A stretch of DNA of 64,000 nucleotides from Promethearchaeota archaeon (GTDB lineage Archaea; Asgardarchaeota; Lokiarchaeia; Sigyniarchaeales; SOKP01), in contig JAEOUA010000005.1 in the NCBI GenBank assembly GCA_016839555.1, forward strand, positions 64,001 to 128,000. Reading direction: 5' to 3'. The notes under the pieces are model-generated. The model was not told the DNA's origin and did not search any database. It worked only from the letters and a program-made list of their open reading frames with translations. Shown one piece after another: positions 17,774 to 27,025 of this stretch. The translations under genes and the position numbers were made by a program. Numbering within the stretch: position 1 is the stretch's first letter; every line of letters starts with the position of its first letter.

Positions 17774-19114
17774 ATGGCTAATATATTTCTACAAATCCTG
17801 GTAATCATTTGTTTTTTAGGGGTAGTAATCGTCCTCTTTTTCGAGGAAAAGGATTATATCTATTATACTTTTGTGTTTATCGTAATTGCAGGTGTTGCAA
17901 CTGCGATATTTATTCCAGAGGCGCGCTCTATAGAATTTTATATCTCTCAAATTGAATGGGATGTAATTTTCTTTCTCATAACTATGTTTATTATCGTTGA
18001 AATTTTAAAAGATAATAAAATTTTTGATGAAATTGCACGTCGTATAGTATTAAAATATGGAAGTAATCCAAGGATATTATTCTATGTCATTTGTATTGTT
18101 TCTACATTATTGGCGACTGTTATTGAGGATCTTTCAATTGCAATGATTTTTGCTCCGATAATTATTGTTGCTACCCGTAAATTGAATATGAGACCTGCAG
18201 CTTACTTGCTTGGAATGACTATATGTATCAATATAGCTGCTACTCTAACTCCCTTTGGTTCTGCACAAAATATTTTAATTACAGATGCCTTTAATTTAGA
18301 TCTTTTTTGGTTTATTCTTTATCTTGGACCATATTTTATTCTCTCATTTTTAACTACATTATTCTTATTAGATAAGCTTTCCCTTTCAAAGGATATCGAG
18401 TATTGTAAAAAACATGTGTGCGCTTTTGAGGAAGCACAAATTAATTTATTATTAGATTCTAATCAAGTCGAGAAGAAGCAATTTATAAAAAATTTAATCG
18501 GGCTCGTTATCTTTATAATTTTACTTGTTTTTATCCCGGTATTATACCTAGCTGGCCTAATTGCCGTATTAATATTTGTTTTAATTAATCCCGTAAAAAA
18601 AAAGAAAGAGGATAAGAAATCAATTTCATTATCCTATTATCTGTCAAGAGTAGATTATAAATTAATCTATTTCTTTATCTGTCTTTTTATTTTTGTAGGA
18701 TTAATGGATTTAAATGGTACTATTAAATTTTTAGAATCGTTGTTAGAAAGATTTTCCTCTGAAAATGAATTTGTTTTGGCGTTAATTATCCTAATTTCGA
18801 CCTCTATTTTAAGTGGATTTTTAGATAACACTCCCGTCACTATAATTTTTATTCCGATTATCCAAATTTTAATTGGCTTACCTGAATTTTATAGAGGCCC
18901 TCTTGTAATAGCGTTTATTCTTGGTATTAATTTAGGGGGAAATTTCCTACCTCAAGGAAGTGCTGCAGATATGATGACACTGGAAGTGAGCCGTGAAAAT
19001 AATGTTCAAGATCTCTCCTATAAAAGACTTTTTAAGGTGGGGGGATTGTTTGCTCTACTCCATGTTTTATTAGGAATAGGGTATCTTGCGTTAATTATTT
19101 TCTTACCTTTTTAG
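17774..19114 (+). CDS. ArsB/NhaD/SLC13-type ion-transporter superfamily permease
   Basis: TPFGSAQNILI, SGFLDNTP, NLGGNFLPQGSAA; highly hydrophobic. Confidence 0.85.
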   Translation: MANIFLQILVIICFLGVVIVLFFEEKDYIYYTFVFIVIAGVATAIFIPEARSIEFYISQIEWDVIFFLITMFIIVEILKDNKIFDEIARRIVLKYGSNPRILFYVICIVSTLLATVIEDLSIAMIFAPIIIVATRKLNMRPAAYLLGMTICINIAATLTPFGSAQNILITDAFNLDLFWFILYLGPYFILSFLTTLFLLDKLSLSKDIEYCKKHVCAFEEAQINLLLDSNQVEKKQFIKNLIGLVIFIILLVFIPVLYLAGLIAVLIFVLINPVKKKKEDKKSISLSYYLSRVDYKLIYFFICLFIFVGLMDLNGTIKFLESLLERFSSENEFVLALIILISTSILSGFLDNTPVTIIFIPIIQILIGLPEFYRGPLVIAFILGINLGGNFLPQGSAADMMTLEVSRENNVQDLSYKRLFKVGGLFALLHVLLGIGYLALIIFLPF

Positions 19115-19211
19115 AATAGTTATAGTAGCATATTTGAATTAGAAAAATAGCAATAAGAATAAAAACAATATAATAAATTGATCTTAAAAATTAAGAGTTG
19201 AAAAATAGAGG

Positions 19212-20321
19212 TTAGAAAGTAAATTCATATTGAGCGAGCCCTAATTCTTCCTGCATTATTTTTATATCTTGCTGAAGACTTTTATTAAGGGGAATCCCCT
19301 TTTCTTTTCGTTCTAGTTCTGCTTCATATTCTTTTTCACCAGCAGTATAAATACGTTCTGCGTATGGTTCTTTTTTAGCACTACGCAATGTTCTCATAAT
19401 ATCACCTGCAGTGTTTTTAAAAGTCTCAACTGGTAAAAAGCTTGCAATATTGATTGCCAGAAAAAAATGACCGACTTTTAATCGCTTTTGACCATTTTCA
19501 ATAATGCCAAGAGTATCTCTAAGAAAAATTCCATTGCATAGCGCTGCGGATAATAACTCACAGACAGTCGCATAGCCATATCCCTTATATCCTGATTTTT
19601 CCTCCCCTGCTCCTCCTAAAGGGAGTAAAGCAGCTTTTCTCTCAAGCATTTTTTCGAGTATTTTTGAGGGATCAGTCATTGAGTTTCCCTTTTCATCAAT
19701 TACCACTCCCTCTGGTAATTTTTTTTCCAAGCGCTCATATAACTCAACCTTCCCTCTCTGAATTATGGATGTTGCACAATCAAGACAGAATGGAAATTCC
19801 TCATCTGTGGGGGCGCCGACTGTTAATGGATTTGTACCTAACATAGGTTCTACTCCAAAAGTGGGAGGTATAGAAGGGCGTGCATTGGTGGTTGTTATTC
19901 CAATCATCCCCTCTTTGATCGCCATAAGTGAATAATATCCTGCGATTCCGAAATGAGTGGAGTTCCTTACAGCAACGGCTCCTAAACCATATTTTTTGGC
20001 TTTTTCAATAGCGCTTTTCATCGCTTTATATGCGATAAAATGTCCCATACCACAATTACCATCCCATAATGCTGTTGTGGGGCCATCTTTTATTATATCT
20101 ATTTTGGTATTAGCCTCATATATTCCCTCTTTGATTCGATCATAGTACATTTTACAGCGCTGGATACCATGGGTGTCAATGCCTCTTAAATCTGAAGCGA
20201 TTAAAATCTCTGCTATGATTTTTGCATCTTCTTCTGGAACACCCAATCCAATAAAAACGTCGCTCATGAAATTTTCAAGTTTCTTAGGATGTATATACAC
20301 TATTTTTTCTTCATTTGTCAT
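19212..20321 (-). CDS. Ldh2/Mdh2-family (ComC/AllD-like) oxidoreductase, paralogue 2
   Basis: SDLRGIDTHG, VRNSTHFGIAGYY, LGTNP, YKGYG; close paralogue of 8034-9161. Confidence 0.9.
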   Translation of the reverse strand: MTNEEKIVYIHPKKLENFMSDVFIGLGVPEEDAKIIAEILIASDLRGIDTHGIQRCKMYYDRIKEGIYEANTKIDIIKDGPTTALWDGNCGMGHFIAYKAMKSAIEKAKKYGLGAVAVRNSTHFGIAGYYSLMAIKEGMIGITTTNARPSIPPTFGVEPMLGTNPLTVGAPTDEEFPFCLDCATSIIQRGKVELYERLEKKLPEGVVIDEKGNSMTDPSKILEKMLERKAALLPLGGAGEEKSGYKGYGYATVCELLSAALCNGIFLRDTLGIIENGQKRLKVGHFFLAINIASFLPVETFKNTAGDIMRTLRSAKKEPYAERIYTAGEKEYEAELERKEKGIPLNKSLQQDIKIMQEELGLAQYEFTF

Positions 20322-20421
20322 TTAAAATCATCCTTTTACTACTATATGATGATAATTATTTTAGGAAATTAATATTTTTATCTTAATTCATAGGATTCTT
20401 CTTTAAAGCTTTTTTTAGCTT

Positions 20422-21480
20422 TTATTTTTTCCACAAACTATTAATAGGGAGTGGAAAGGGCATTTTTTCATTTAAAGTTTTTTCTGCCCATCCATTAACC
20501 AATAATTTATTTACTTCATTTGTTAAATACTGATTTGATTCAATACATCGTTCTAAAAATATATCTCCATCACTCTCAATACATTTTACTTTCCCTAAGC
20601 GCCATGATTCCTCAAGATGACTTAAAAGAAGGTAATAATCCCATGTTTGCGCACATATTTTATAATCTTCTGAATATTGCTCTCCCATTTCAGCAACGGG
20701 ATACACAAAGTCTCCAACATCTTTCAATTTAATGGGTTTATTAGATGGCAAGAGGTCAATTGCTTTTTTGGTTCGCTTATCAATTAAGTGTAAATATCTA
20801 TTTAATTCCTCTTTCTGATTTTTTAATGGGATAGGATTAATTCTATGAGAAGAGACGATATAATTTGCATTTTTATTTACTAATTCTCTAGCAGCAGACT
20901 TAAAAGATTGCACAGCTAGGCCCCGTTGAGGAACTCCGTACCATGGGACTGGGGTAAAATCATAATCGCAAGATAATATAATTTTAAGATTTCCATCTTT
21001 AATTTCATAATCAAGCATATGGAGGCAATGAGCATTCGTTTCATGAGCAAATAGTGAGACCTCATCATATATAATTGTGTCATTATCATGTAAAAGGACT
21101 TTTCTGTTTGAGGGATAAGAACGATCTTGAAAACCCAATGAACTGCCAAAAGCTTCGAAATGATGAATTTGGTCTTTTTGAATTCCAGCATATAATCCAA
21201 CACGAGCTTTTTTCTCACATCTCTTCAAAGTATCGGGATGCGCATGAATTTTAGCATTTGATTGTTCAAATATAGCTGCTAATCCACGTCCATGATCTAA
21301 ATGTGTATGAGAAAGAATAATATCAGTAATATCTGAAACCGATAAATCAAATTCAGCTCTTAAAAATCTAGAAATTCTTGATATTCCGGGATTGGTATCG
21401 ATCAAGATTTTTTCTTCATTTAAATTGATAAATAAAGCATTTCCGGAAGGAAATTTAGATTTATCTTCGCCTAAAATCAT
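20422..21480 (-). CDS. Metallo-beta-lactamase-fold hydrolase (start probably further upstream)
   Basis: LIDT, LSHTHLDH, downstream His, Asp and SSH ligands. Confidence 0.85.
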   Translation of the reverse strand: MILGEDKSKFPSGNALFINLNEEKILIDTNPGISRISRFLRAEFDLSVSDITDIILSHTHLDHGRGLAAIFEQSNAKIHAHPDTLKRCEKKARVGLYAGIQKDQIHHFEAFGSSLGFQDRSYPSNRKVLLHDNDTIIYDEVSLFAHETNAHCLHMLDYEIKDGNLKIILSCDYDFTPVPWYGVPQRGLAVQSFKSAARELVNKNANYIVSSHRINPIPLKNQKEELNRYLHLIDKRTKKAIDLLPSNKPIKLKDVGDFVYPVAEMGEQYSEDYKICAQTWDYYLLLSHLEESWRLGKVKCIESDGDIFLERCIESNQYLTNEVNKLLVNGWAEKTLNEKMPFPLPINSLWKK

Positions 21481-21651
21481 CCATATATTATTGCTTAACT
21501 TTTTATAATTATGAGTAGTGATAGTTAATATCTCCTATTTTATTATTAATAAATTCCAATCTAAATTCCATTAAGAATTAGTTTTTAAAAACTAAATCTC
21601 AAATAAATGAATAGTGAAATACTAATATATTTATAGATACAGAAATTAAAG

Positions 21652-22386
21652 CTATTTTGAAATTCTAATTGTAAATAGTATTACACCTTGTACAGTTAAA
21701 AACAATCCAACTGATTTAGAGATAAGAGATAATAAATACATAGGTATTCTAATAGTATTTCCAAATATCCCAATTACTAATATGATTACTGGTTCACTTT
21801 GAAGAAAAGCTCCAAAACCATAAAATATTATACCTAAAGCGAGACATATGCACGGAAACCGTTGAATTGATGGTTTCCATGCTAAATATAAAAAATATGA
21901 TGGTATAATAATTATAAGAATTAAAAATCTTAATTCAAATATGGATACAATTTGAAAGTCCTCAGAAGAATTGACAGGATAGAAAAATTGAATAATACCT
22001 AAAATTAAAAGTAAATAAGCTAATAATCCTTTGAATTTAAAGTCCATAATACTCCGATCAGTAATATATAAAAAGATTGTCGCTCCAAATGTAGTTATTA
22101 GCATGGCTATTTTCCAAACTAATATAGCTGGCATTTTATAAAATTCATTCGGATCTAATTTAGTTAAATAAAAATCAAAATAAAAAAATAATATTCGAGA
22201 TACCAGCATAGATATAACAAATATAAATATACCAAGTATAAACCCAGATGGAAATTGACCTGTCTCTTTTTTTCTCTCTAACATTTTCAATAAGATATAT
22301 AAAGCGAGAAATAATTTCACATTTATTAAAATAATTGTCAAAATAAAAGAAAAATTAAAATCAAAAGTAGTAAGTGGATTGCTCAT
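21652..22386 (-). CDS. Putative seven-transmembrane protein without an attached output domain
   Basis: About seven hydrophobic segments in 244 aa; short loops. Confidence 0.75.
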   Translation of the reverse strand: MSNPLTTFDFNFSFILTIILINVKLFLALYILLKMLERKKETGQFPSGFILGIFIFVISMLVSRILFFYFDFYLTKLDPNEFYKMPAILVWKIAMLITTFGATIFLYITDRSIMDFKFKGLLAYLLLILGIIQFFYPVNSSEDFQIVSIFELRFLILIIIIPSYFLYLAWKPSIQRFPCICLALGIIFYGFGAFLQSEPVIILVIGIFGNTIRIPMYLLSLISKSVGLFLTVQGVILFTIRISK

Positions 22387-22434
22387 AAAACATCAAGAAT
22401 TTATAGTTTTATTTCTATAAAAAATTTATTAAAT

Positions 22435-22848
22435 TTAGTACCAAAATCCTTGCTCAAGTTTTTTTATAGGGTCCTCTAATGATTCATGAAATATTTTCTC
22501 AAAGTCGGAAAATATATCGATTTCTCCTTTCCAGTCTTCTAATTCTTCTTCATAATTTTTAAAAAAAGCGTCTATAAGAATTTCTAGTTCTTTATGAACA
22601 TTTTTTTCTTTATATTTTTTATCTGAACTAACAATAAATAATAAATTATTTCTTTTAGCAAATGAATAGCGTTTTTTTTTTAAATTAAAACTGCTCAATC
22701 CTTCATTAACTAGTTCTTTAGCAAAATTATTTAAAGCAGTCATTAGTGCCCCAAATAATTGCGCATCTATTTTTTCTTCAAAAACTCTATTATATATAAC
22801 AATTCCAGAATTATTAATAATCCAAATGTCTTGTAAAATTTTTCCCAA
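22435..22848 (-). CDS. Small longin-like domain protein
   Basis: beta-beta-alpha-beta-beta-beta-alpha pattern: DIWIINNSGIVIY / LFGALMTALNNFAKE / LLFIVSS / F..NYEEELEDWKGEIDIF. Confidence 0.7.
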   Translation of the reverse strand: MGKILQDIWIINNSGIVIYNRVFEEKIDAQLFGALMTALNNFAKELVNEGLSSFNLKKKRYSFAKRNNLLFIVSSDKKYKEKNVHKELEILIDAFFKNYEEELEDWKGEIDIFSDFEKIFHESLEDPIKKLEQGFWY

Positions 22849-23001
22849 AAGGATTACCTTTTATTATTGCTTAAAATAATTTCCACTATGCGTAATTATA
22901 AGTAATTTATTTATTAAAATTTATATTAATTTTTTCTACATTTAGGCTACATTAAAGAAAGAGTTTAGGAAATTAAAGTTAGATTCTTTTTTTTTAAGAA
23001 T

Positions 23002-23757
23002 TTATTTTTTGAATAATTCAGAAGCTAATTCAAAAACCTCGTTATGAATTTTATATCTTATCTCCCTGGAAATATCATTTAAGATATCGTCTGGTATTAT
23101 TTCTAGATATTCTTTTAACTCTTTTTGAATGATTGGGTTTATTCTGCTAATGAAACTATTAATATACTCCGATTTTTTAAGGTATCCCAGTTTAAAATCT
23201 TGAATATATGTTTTATTTAATTTTTTTACCCAGTCGCATCCTCTTTTTTTTAGCTCTCTAATTATATTTCTAGAATTTTCCTTATTGAAATCCTCTAAAA
23301 AAAATCCATATTCTTCAATAATATCTTTAAAGTGATTTAAAATCTTTTTTTGAGTCTTTAATGACAAAATAGTATTCGAATTAAGAAAAATAATAATCAT
23401 GAATTTCTCAAATAAAAAGGAGATCTGGATCTTTAAATTACTTCCATGAATTTCAAGATAACTTAAATCTTTAATATTATTATTTTTAGCGAAAATCTTA
23501 AAACTACTAAAATACATGGATACCAAATCAATTTCTAATAAAGAATTTTTATCATCTGATAAATAGGATCTTATTGTTCCATAATTGCTATGTTCATCGT
23601 ATTCATAAGTCATTATGGCATTACCGAATAGATCTGCGAATAAAATGCCTACGATAGGAGGGATTTTATTAAAATTATTATCATTATAGATATATTGAAC
23701 TAAAGCTTTTTTCGGATATCTAATATCATTGATATAATTAATATTTTCACCAGTCAT
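23002..23757 (-). CDS. Longin/roadblock-like domain protein with helical C-terminal extension
   Basis: IVGILFADLFGNAIM / LVSMYFSSFKIFAK / YLEIHG / FMIIIFLN pattern. Confidence 0.55.
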   Translation of the reverse strand: MTGENINYINDIRYPKKALVQYIYNDNNFNKIPPIVGILFADLFGNAIMTYEYDEHSNYGTIRSYLSDDKNSLLEIDLVSMYFSSFKIFAKNNNIKDLSYLEIHGSNLKIQISFLFEKFMIIIFLNSNTILSLKTQKKILNHFKDIIEEYGFFLEDFNKENSRNIIRELKKRGCDWVKKLNKTYIQDFKLGYLKKSEYINSFISRINPIIQKELKEYLEIIPDDILNDISREIRYKIHNEVFELASELFKK

Positions 23758-24224
23758 CGTTATAACAGCTTCTTTTTCAACTCTAGTATTTTATCAATTA
23801 TTAAAATAGAGAGAGTGTTTAATTTTAATTTAAAAGAATTAGTTATTATTTGTAAAATATTGATTAAAGGTTATAGATTTTTTTTTAAATTATAATATCT
23901 AATAAATTATTTTACTTGAAAACTAGCTACTATTTCCTCTATTTTGTGCCTAAATATTTATATTATGCTAATAAATTGATTTTGTTCTAATTTTATTCCA
24001 ATATATAATTATAAACAAAAAAGACCAAATCTAGTTAATTAAACTAAGTTTAGGCATTTCATAAGCTGGTCTAATAGCCTTATAACAATAATTAAAAGCC
24101 CTTACATGCCCCAAAAACCCAGCCCCTGCTTCTGACCACTCTTCATACTATTTTATAAATTAGTAGTATTGATAAAGAATGATGCATATTTAAAAATATA
24201 AAAAAATAATGATGAAAAACCAAA

Positions 24225-24935
24225 ATGAATGAAATTCAAACTATAGAAGGAAACCCAGTACGCAAAGAAGTTGAAAAAATGATTAGCGAAAATGATTATG
24301 AAGGATTGATTTTTAAAGCAGCAGAATTACATGGTCATTTATGCAATTATTTAGCTTATGGAGTTATGGCAGGATGTATTGCTGTAAAAGAATTGGGTGT
24401 TAAAAGTACAGGCATGGAGGAAGTGATTGCGATTTGTGAAACAAATAATTGTTTTTCTGATGGTGTACAAATGGTTACAGGGTGTTCTTTTGGAAATAAT
24501 GCTTTAATATATAAAGATGTTGGAAAAACCGCCTTCACATTGACAAGACGAGACGGAAAAGGAATAAGAATTATCTTAGATGCAGAGTTTGAAGACTCTC
24601 GTGAAATGGAGTATCCTGAAGCTTATGAACTATGGAATAGATTAATTGTTAAAGGGGAACAAGGAAGTCCTGAAGAATATGGAAGAATGATGCAGCTATT
24701 CCATGAAATGTCTCTGAAAGAGTTATATAAACCAATAGATAAAATGTTTAAAATAGAAAAAATAAAGGTAGATTTACCCCCTCCATCTGTTATGGCACTC
24801 TCGGTGAAATGTGCCATTTGTGGAGAAAATATCATGGAAACTAAAGCAAGAGTGAAAAATGGACAAACAGTTTGTTTACCTTGTGCTAATCAAGAGAAAT
24901 ACATACTTGATAGTACTGGGATTTCAATAGATTAA
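24225..24935 (+). CDS. FmdE-family protein with C-terminal C4 zinc finger
   Basis: ELHGHLC, ETNNCFSDGVQMVTGCSFG, CAICGE...CLPC. Confidence 0.88.
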   Translation: MNEIQTIEGNPVRKEVEKMISENDYEGLIFKAAELHGHLCNYLAYGVMAGCIAVKELGVKSTGMEEVIAICETNNCFSDGVQMVTGCSFGNNALIYKDVGKTAFTLTRRDGKGIRIILDAEFEDSREMEYPEAYELWNRLIVKGEQGSPEEYGRMMQLFHEMSLKELYKPIDKMFKIEKIKVDLPPPSVMALSVKCAICGENIMETKARVKNGQTVCLPCANQEKYILDSTGISID

Positions 24936-25042
24936 ATGATATTAATATTCTATTAAATTATGAGATTTAACACCCTTCTTGTTAGCTAATCATTTGAAAT
25001 CAAATATCTCCACTTTTTTTCTTTTTTTATTAATCAGTTCAA

Positions 25043-25324
25043 TTGAAAATATTGCATAACATCTTCATATTATTTCATTTTATCAATTTTCTTAAAATTT
25101 CTTTAAATATGATAGTAAATGATTTAAATGATAAGATAAATATTAAAGGAAAAGGAAAGTTTTATAAAGAGATTACCGTTGATGATGATGGCGAGGGGAT
25201 TGCCTATGTGTTTCCCGATACCAAAGAATTTATTAATATATTGAAGCGGAAATTAATTCAAGAAAAATTTCTTTCCATTGTGGAAGAACAAGATGACCAT
25301 GAAATAGAAGCACAAGAAATTTAG
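25043..25324 (+). CDS. Small hypothetical protein or gene remnant (start uncertain)
   Basis: Protein-like C-terminal ~70 aa (KFYKEITVDDDGEGIAYVFPDT); N-terminus resembles intergenic DNA. Confidence 0.4.
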   Translation: MKILHNIFILFHFINFLKISLNMIVNDLNDKINIKGKGKFYKEITVDDDGEGIAYVFPDTKEFINILKRKLIQEKFLSIVEEQDDHEIEAQEI

Positions 25325-25447
25325 TAAGTTTTTATCTTTTATGCGATGAAACTCTAATTTAATTACTCGTAAATTTTGCATCGTCTAAAAACAAGTTTTT
25401 CTCTTATTATTATAAAAAAATATTTTTAGAAAAGAATTATTCACTAA

Positions 25448-26902
25448 TTGATGTTAGTGGATAAGAATAAAAGTGATATTGATCAAATTGAATCTCTTTT
25501 TTATCCAAAAGATATCGCTTTTATTGGAGCAACGGAAAGCAGCACCTTTGGATCCATGCTATATTTAAAGGATTTTAAAGATTCTGAATGGTCAGACAAT
25601 TTTTATCCCGTAAATCCTAAACATGATGAGATTTTAGGCTGGAAGTCTTATCCTTCAGTATTAGAAATTCCTAATCACGTGGATACCGCATATATTTCCG
25701 TGAAAACTAAAATAGTTCCAAAGGTATTACAAGAATGTGTAGATAAGGGAATAAAATGGGTAATTATTTTTTCCTCTGGTTTTTCAGAAACAGGCGAAAC
25801 AGAAAGGAAAAAAATAGAACAGCAATTATATGAAATAATTAAAAACTCTGATACAAGAGTTATCGGTCCTAATTGTCTTGGACCCTATAATGGAATCACT
25901 GGCATGAGTTTTTCATTTGCGGCACGACCAAAAAAAGGCACTACCTCTTTTATGTCGCAATCTGGAGGACATTTAAGTCAATTATTGGATATCGGAGTAA
26001 AAAGAGATTTAAGATTTCGATATGGTGTTTCTTTTGGTAATCAAGTGGATTTGAATTGTCTCGATTTTTTACGTTTTTTTAGAGAAGATTTGGGAACTAA
26101 AATTATTGCAGCGTATTTAGAATCATTTGGTTCTTCTACAGGGCATGAATTTTTTATGGAACTTAAGGAAACGACGAAAAAAAAGCCAGTCTTACTATGG
26201 AAAGGAGGATATACACAAGATGGTTCTCGTGCGGCATTTTCACATACTGGTGCCTTAGCTTCTGATTTTAAATTGTGGCAAACCATGGCAAAGCAAACAG
26301 GAGCAACTTTAATTAGAGATAATGAAGAATTTTGGAATACTATAAAGACCTTTGAGCTTTTATATCCTACCAGAATGCCTCAAGGCAGAAATGTGGGAAT
26401 AATTACGCCCGGAGGTGGATCATCTGTAAATATGACAGACTTATTTGCATCTCACAATTTAAAGGTTCCAGAATTAACTCTTGAATCTCAAGAAAAGCTC
26501 AGTAAAATCTTACCAAAAGAAAATGTAAATATTAAAAATCCAGTAGATCTTGGGGCTTCGGGATTCAACATTAACATATTTCTTGAATGTATTGATTATC
26601 TAACCCAAGATAATAAAATAGATATTATTATGATTCCATTATGGAAGCATCACGTTTTCCGCTATGTATTTAAACGGATGATTCAATTACTAAAGAAGAG
26701 GGCAAAACCCTTCGCATTTTGTCTGCCCAGCTTAGCAGATTCGGTAGAATTAGCAAAACGATTTAATATCGCTAAAAGGATCATACATAAAGAGAGAACA
26801 CTATATTATTTTTCCTTAAGAGATGCCGCAAATAGTGTTTCTAAACTTTGCGATTATCTGGATTATTTAAATGCTCATAATATAAAAATTCAAGAGAGTT
26901 AA
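25448..26902 (+). CDS. acdA: ADP-forming acyl/acetyl-CoA synthetase alpha subunit
   Basis: IAFIGAT CoA-binding domain, SGFSETG, IGPNCLG, SQSGG, SFGNQ, SHTGALA (phospho-His), NPVD. Confidence 0.85.
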   Translation: MMLVDKNKSDIDQIESLFYPKDIAFIGATESSTFGSMLYLKDFKDSEWSDNFYPVNPKHDEILGWKSYPSVLEIPNHVDTAYISVKTKIVPKVLQECVDKGIKWVIIFSSGFSETGETERKKIEQQLYEIIKNSDTRVIGPNCLGPYNGITGMSFSFAARPKKGTTSFMSQSGGHLSQLLDIGVKRDLRFRYGVSFGNQVDLNCLDFLRFFREDLGTKIIAAYLESFGSSTGHEFFMELKETTKKKPVLLWKGGYTQDGSRAAFSHTGALASDFKLWQTMAKQTGATLIRDNEEFWNTIKTFELLYPTRMPQGRNVGIITPGGGSSVNMTDLFASHNLKVPELTLESQEKLSKILPKENVNIKNPVDLGASGFNINIFLECIDYLTQDNKIDIIMIPLWKHHVFRYVFKRMIQLLKKRAKPFAFCLPSLADSVELAKRFNIAKRIIHKERTLYYFSLRDAANSVSKLCDYLDYLNAHNIKIQES

Positions 26903-27025
26903 ATAATAAACATTTCACTAATAAATTAATAATCCTGTAAAACTTCTGTTTTCTATTTTAATTCTCGTTTGATATAGCTATATTAACATAAAATAAAAAA
27001 AATAAAAAAGAAGATATTTGAATTT

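Noticed and set aside
24225-24935. Formylmethanofuran dehydrogenase operon
   Set aside because: Only an FmdE-like gene is present; this family often occurs apart from fmd/fwd genes
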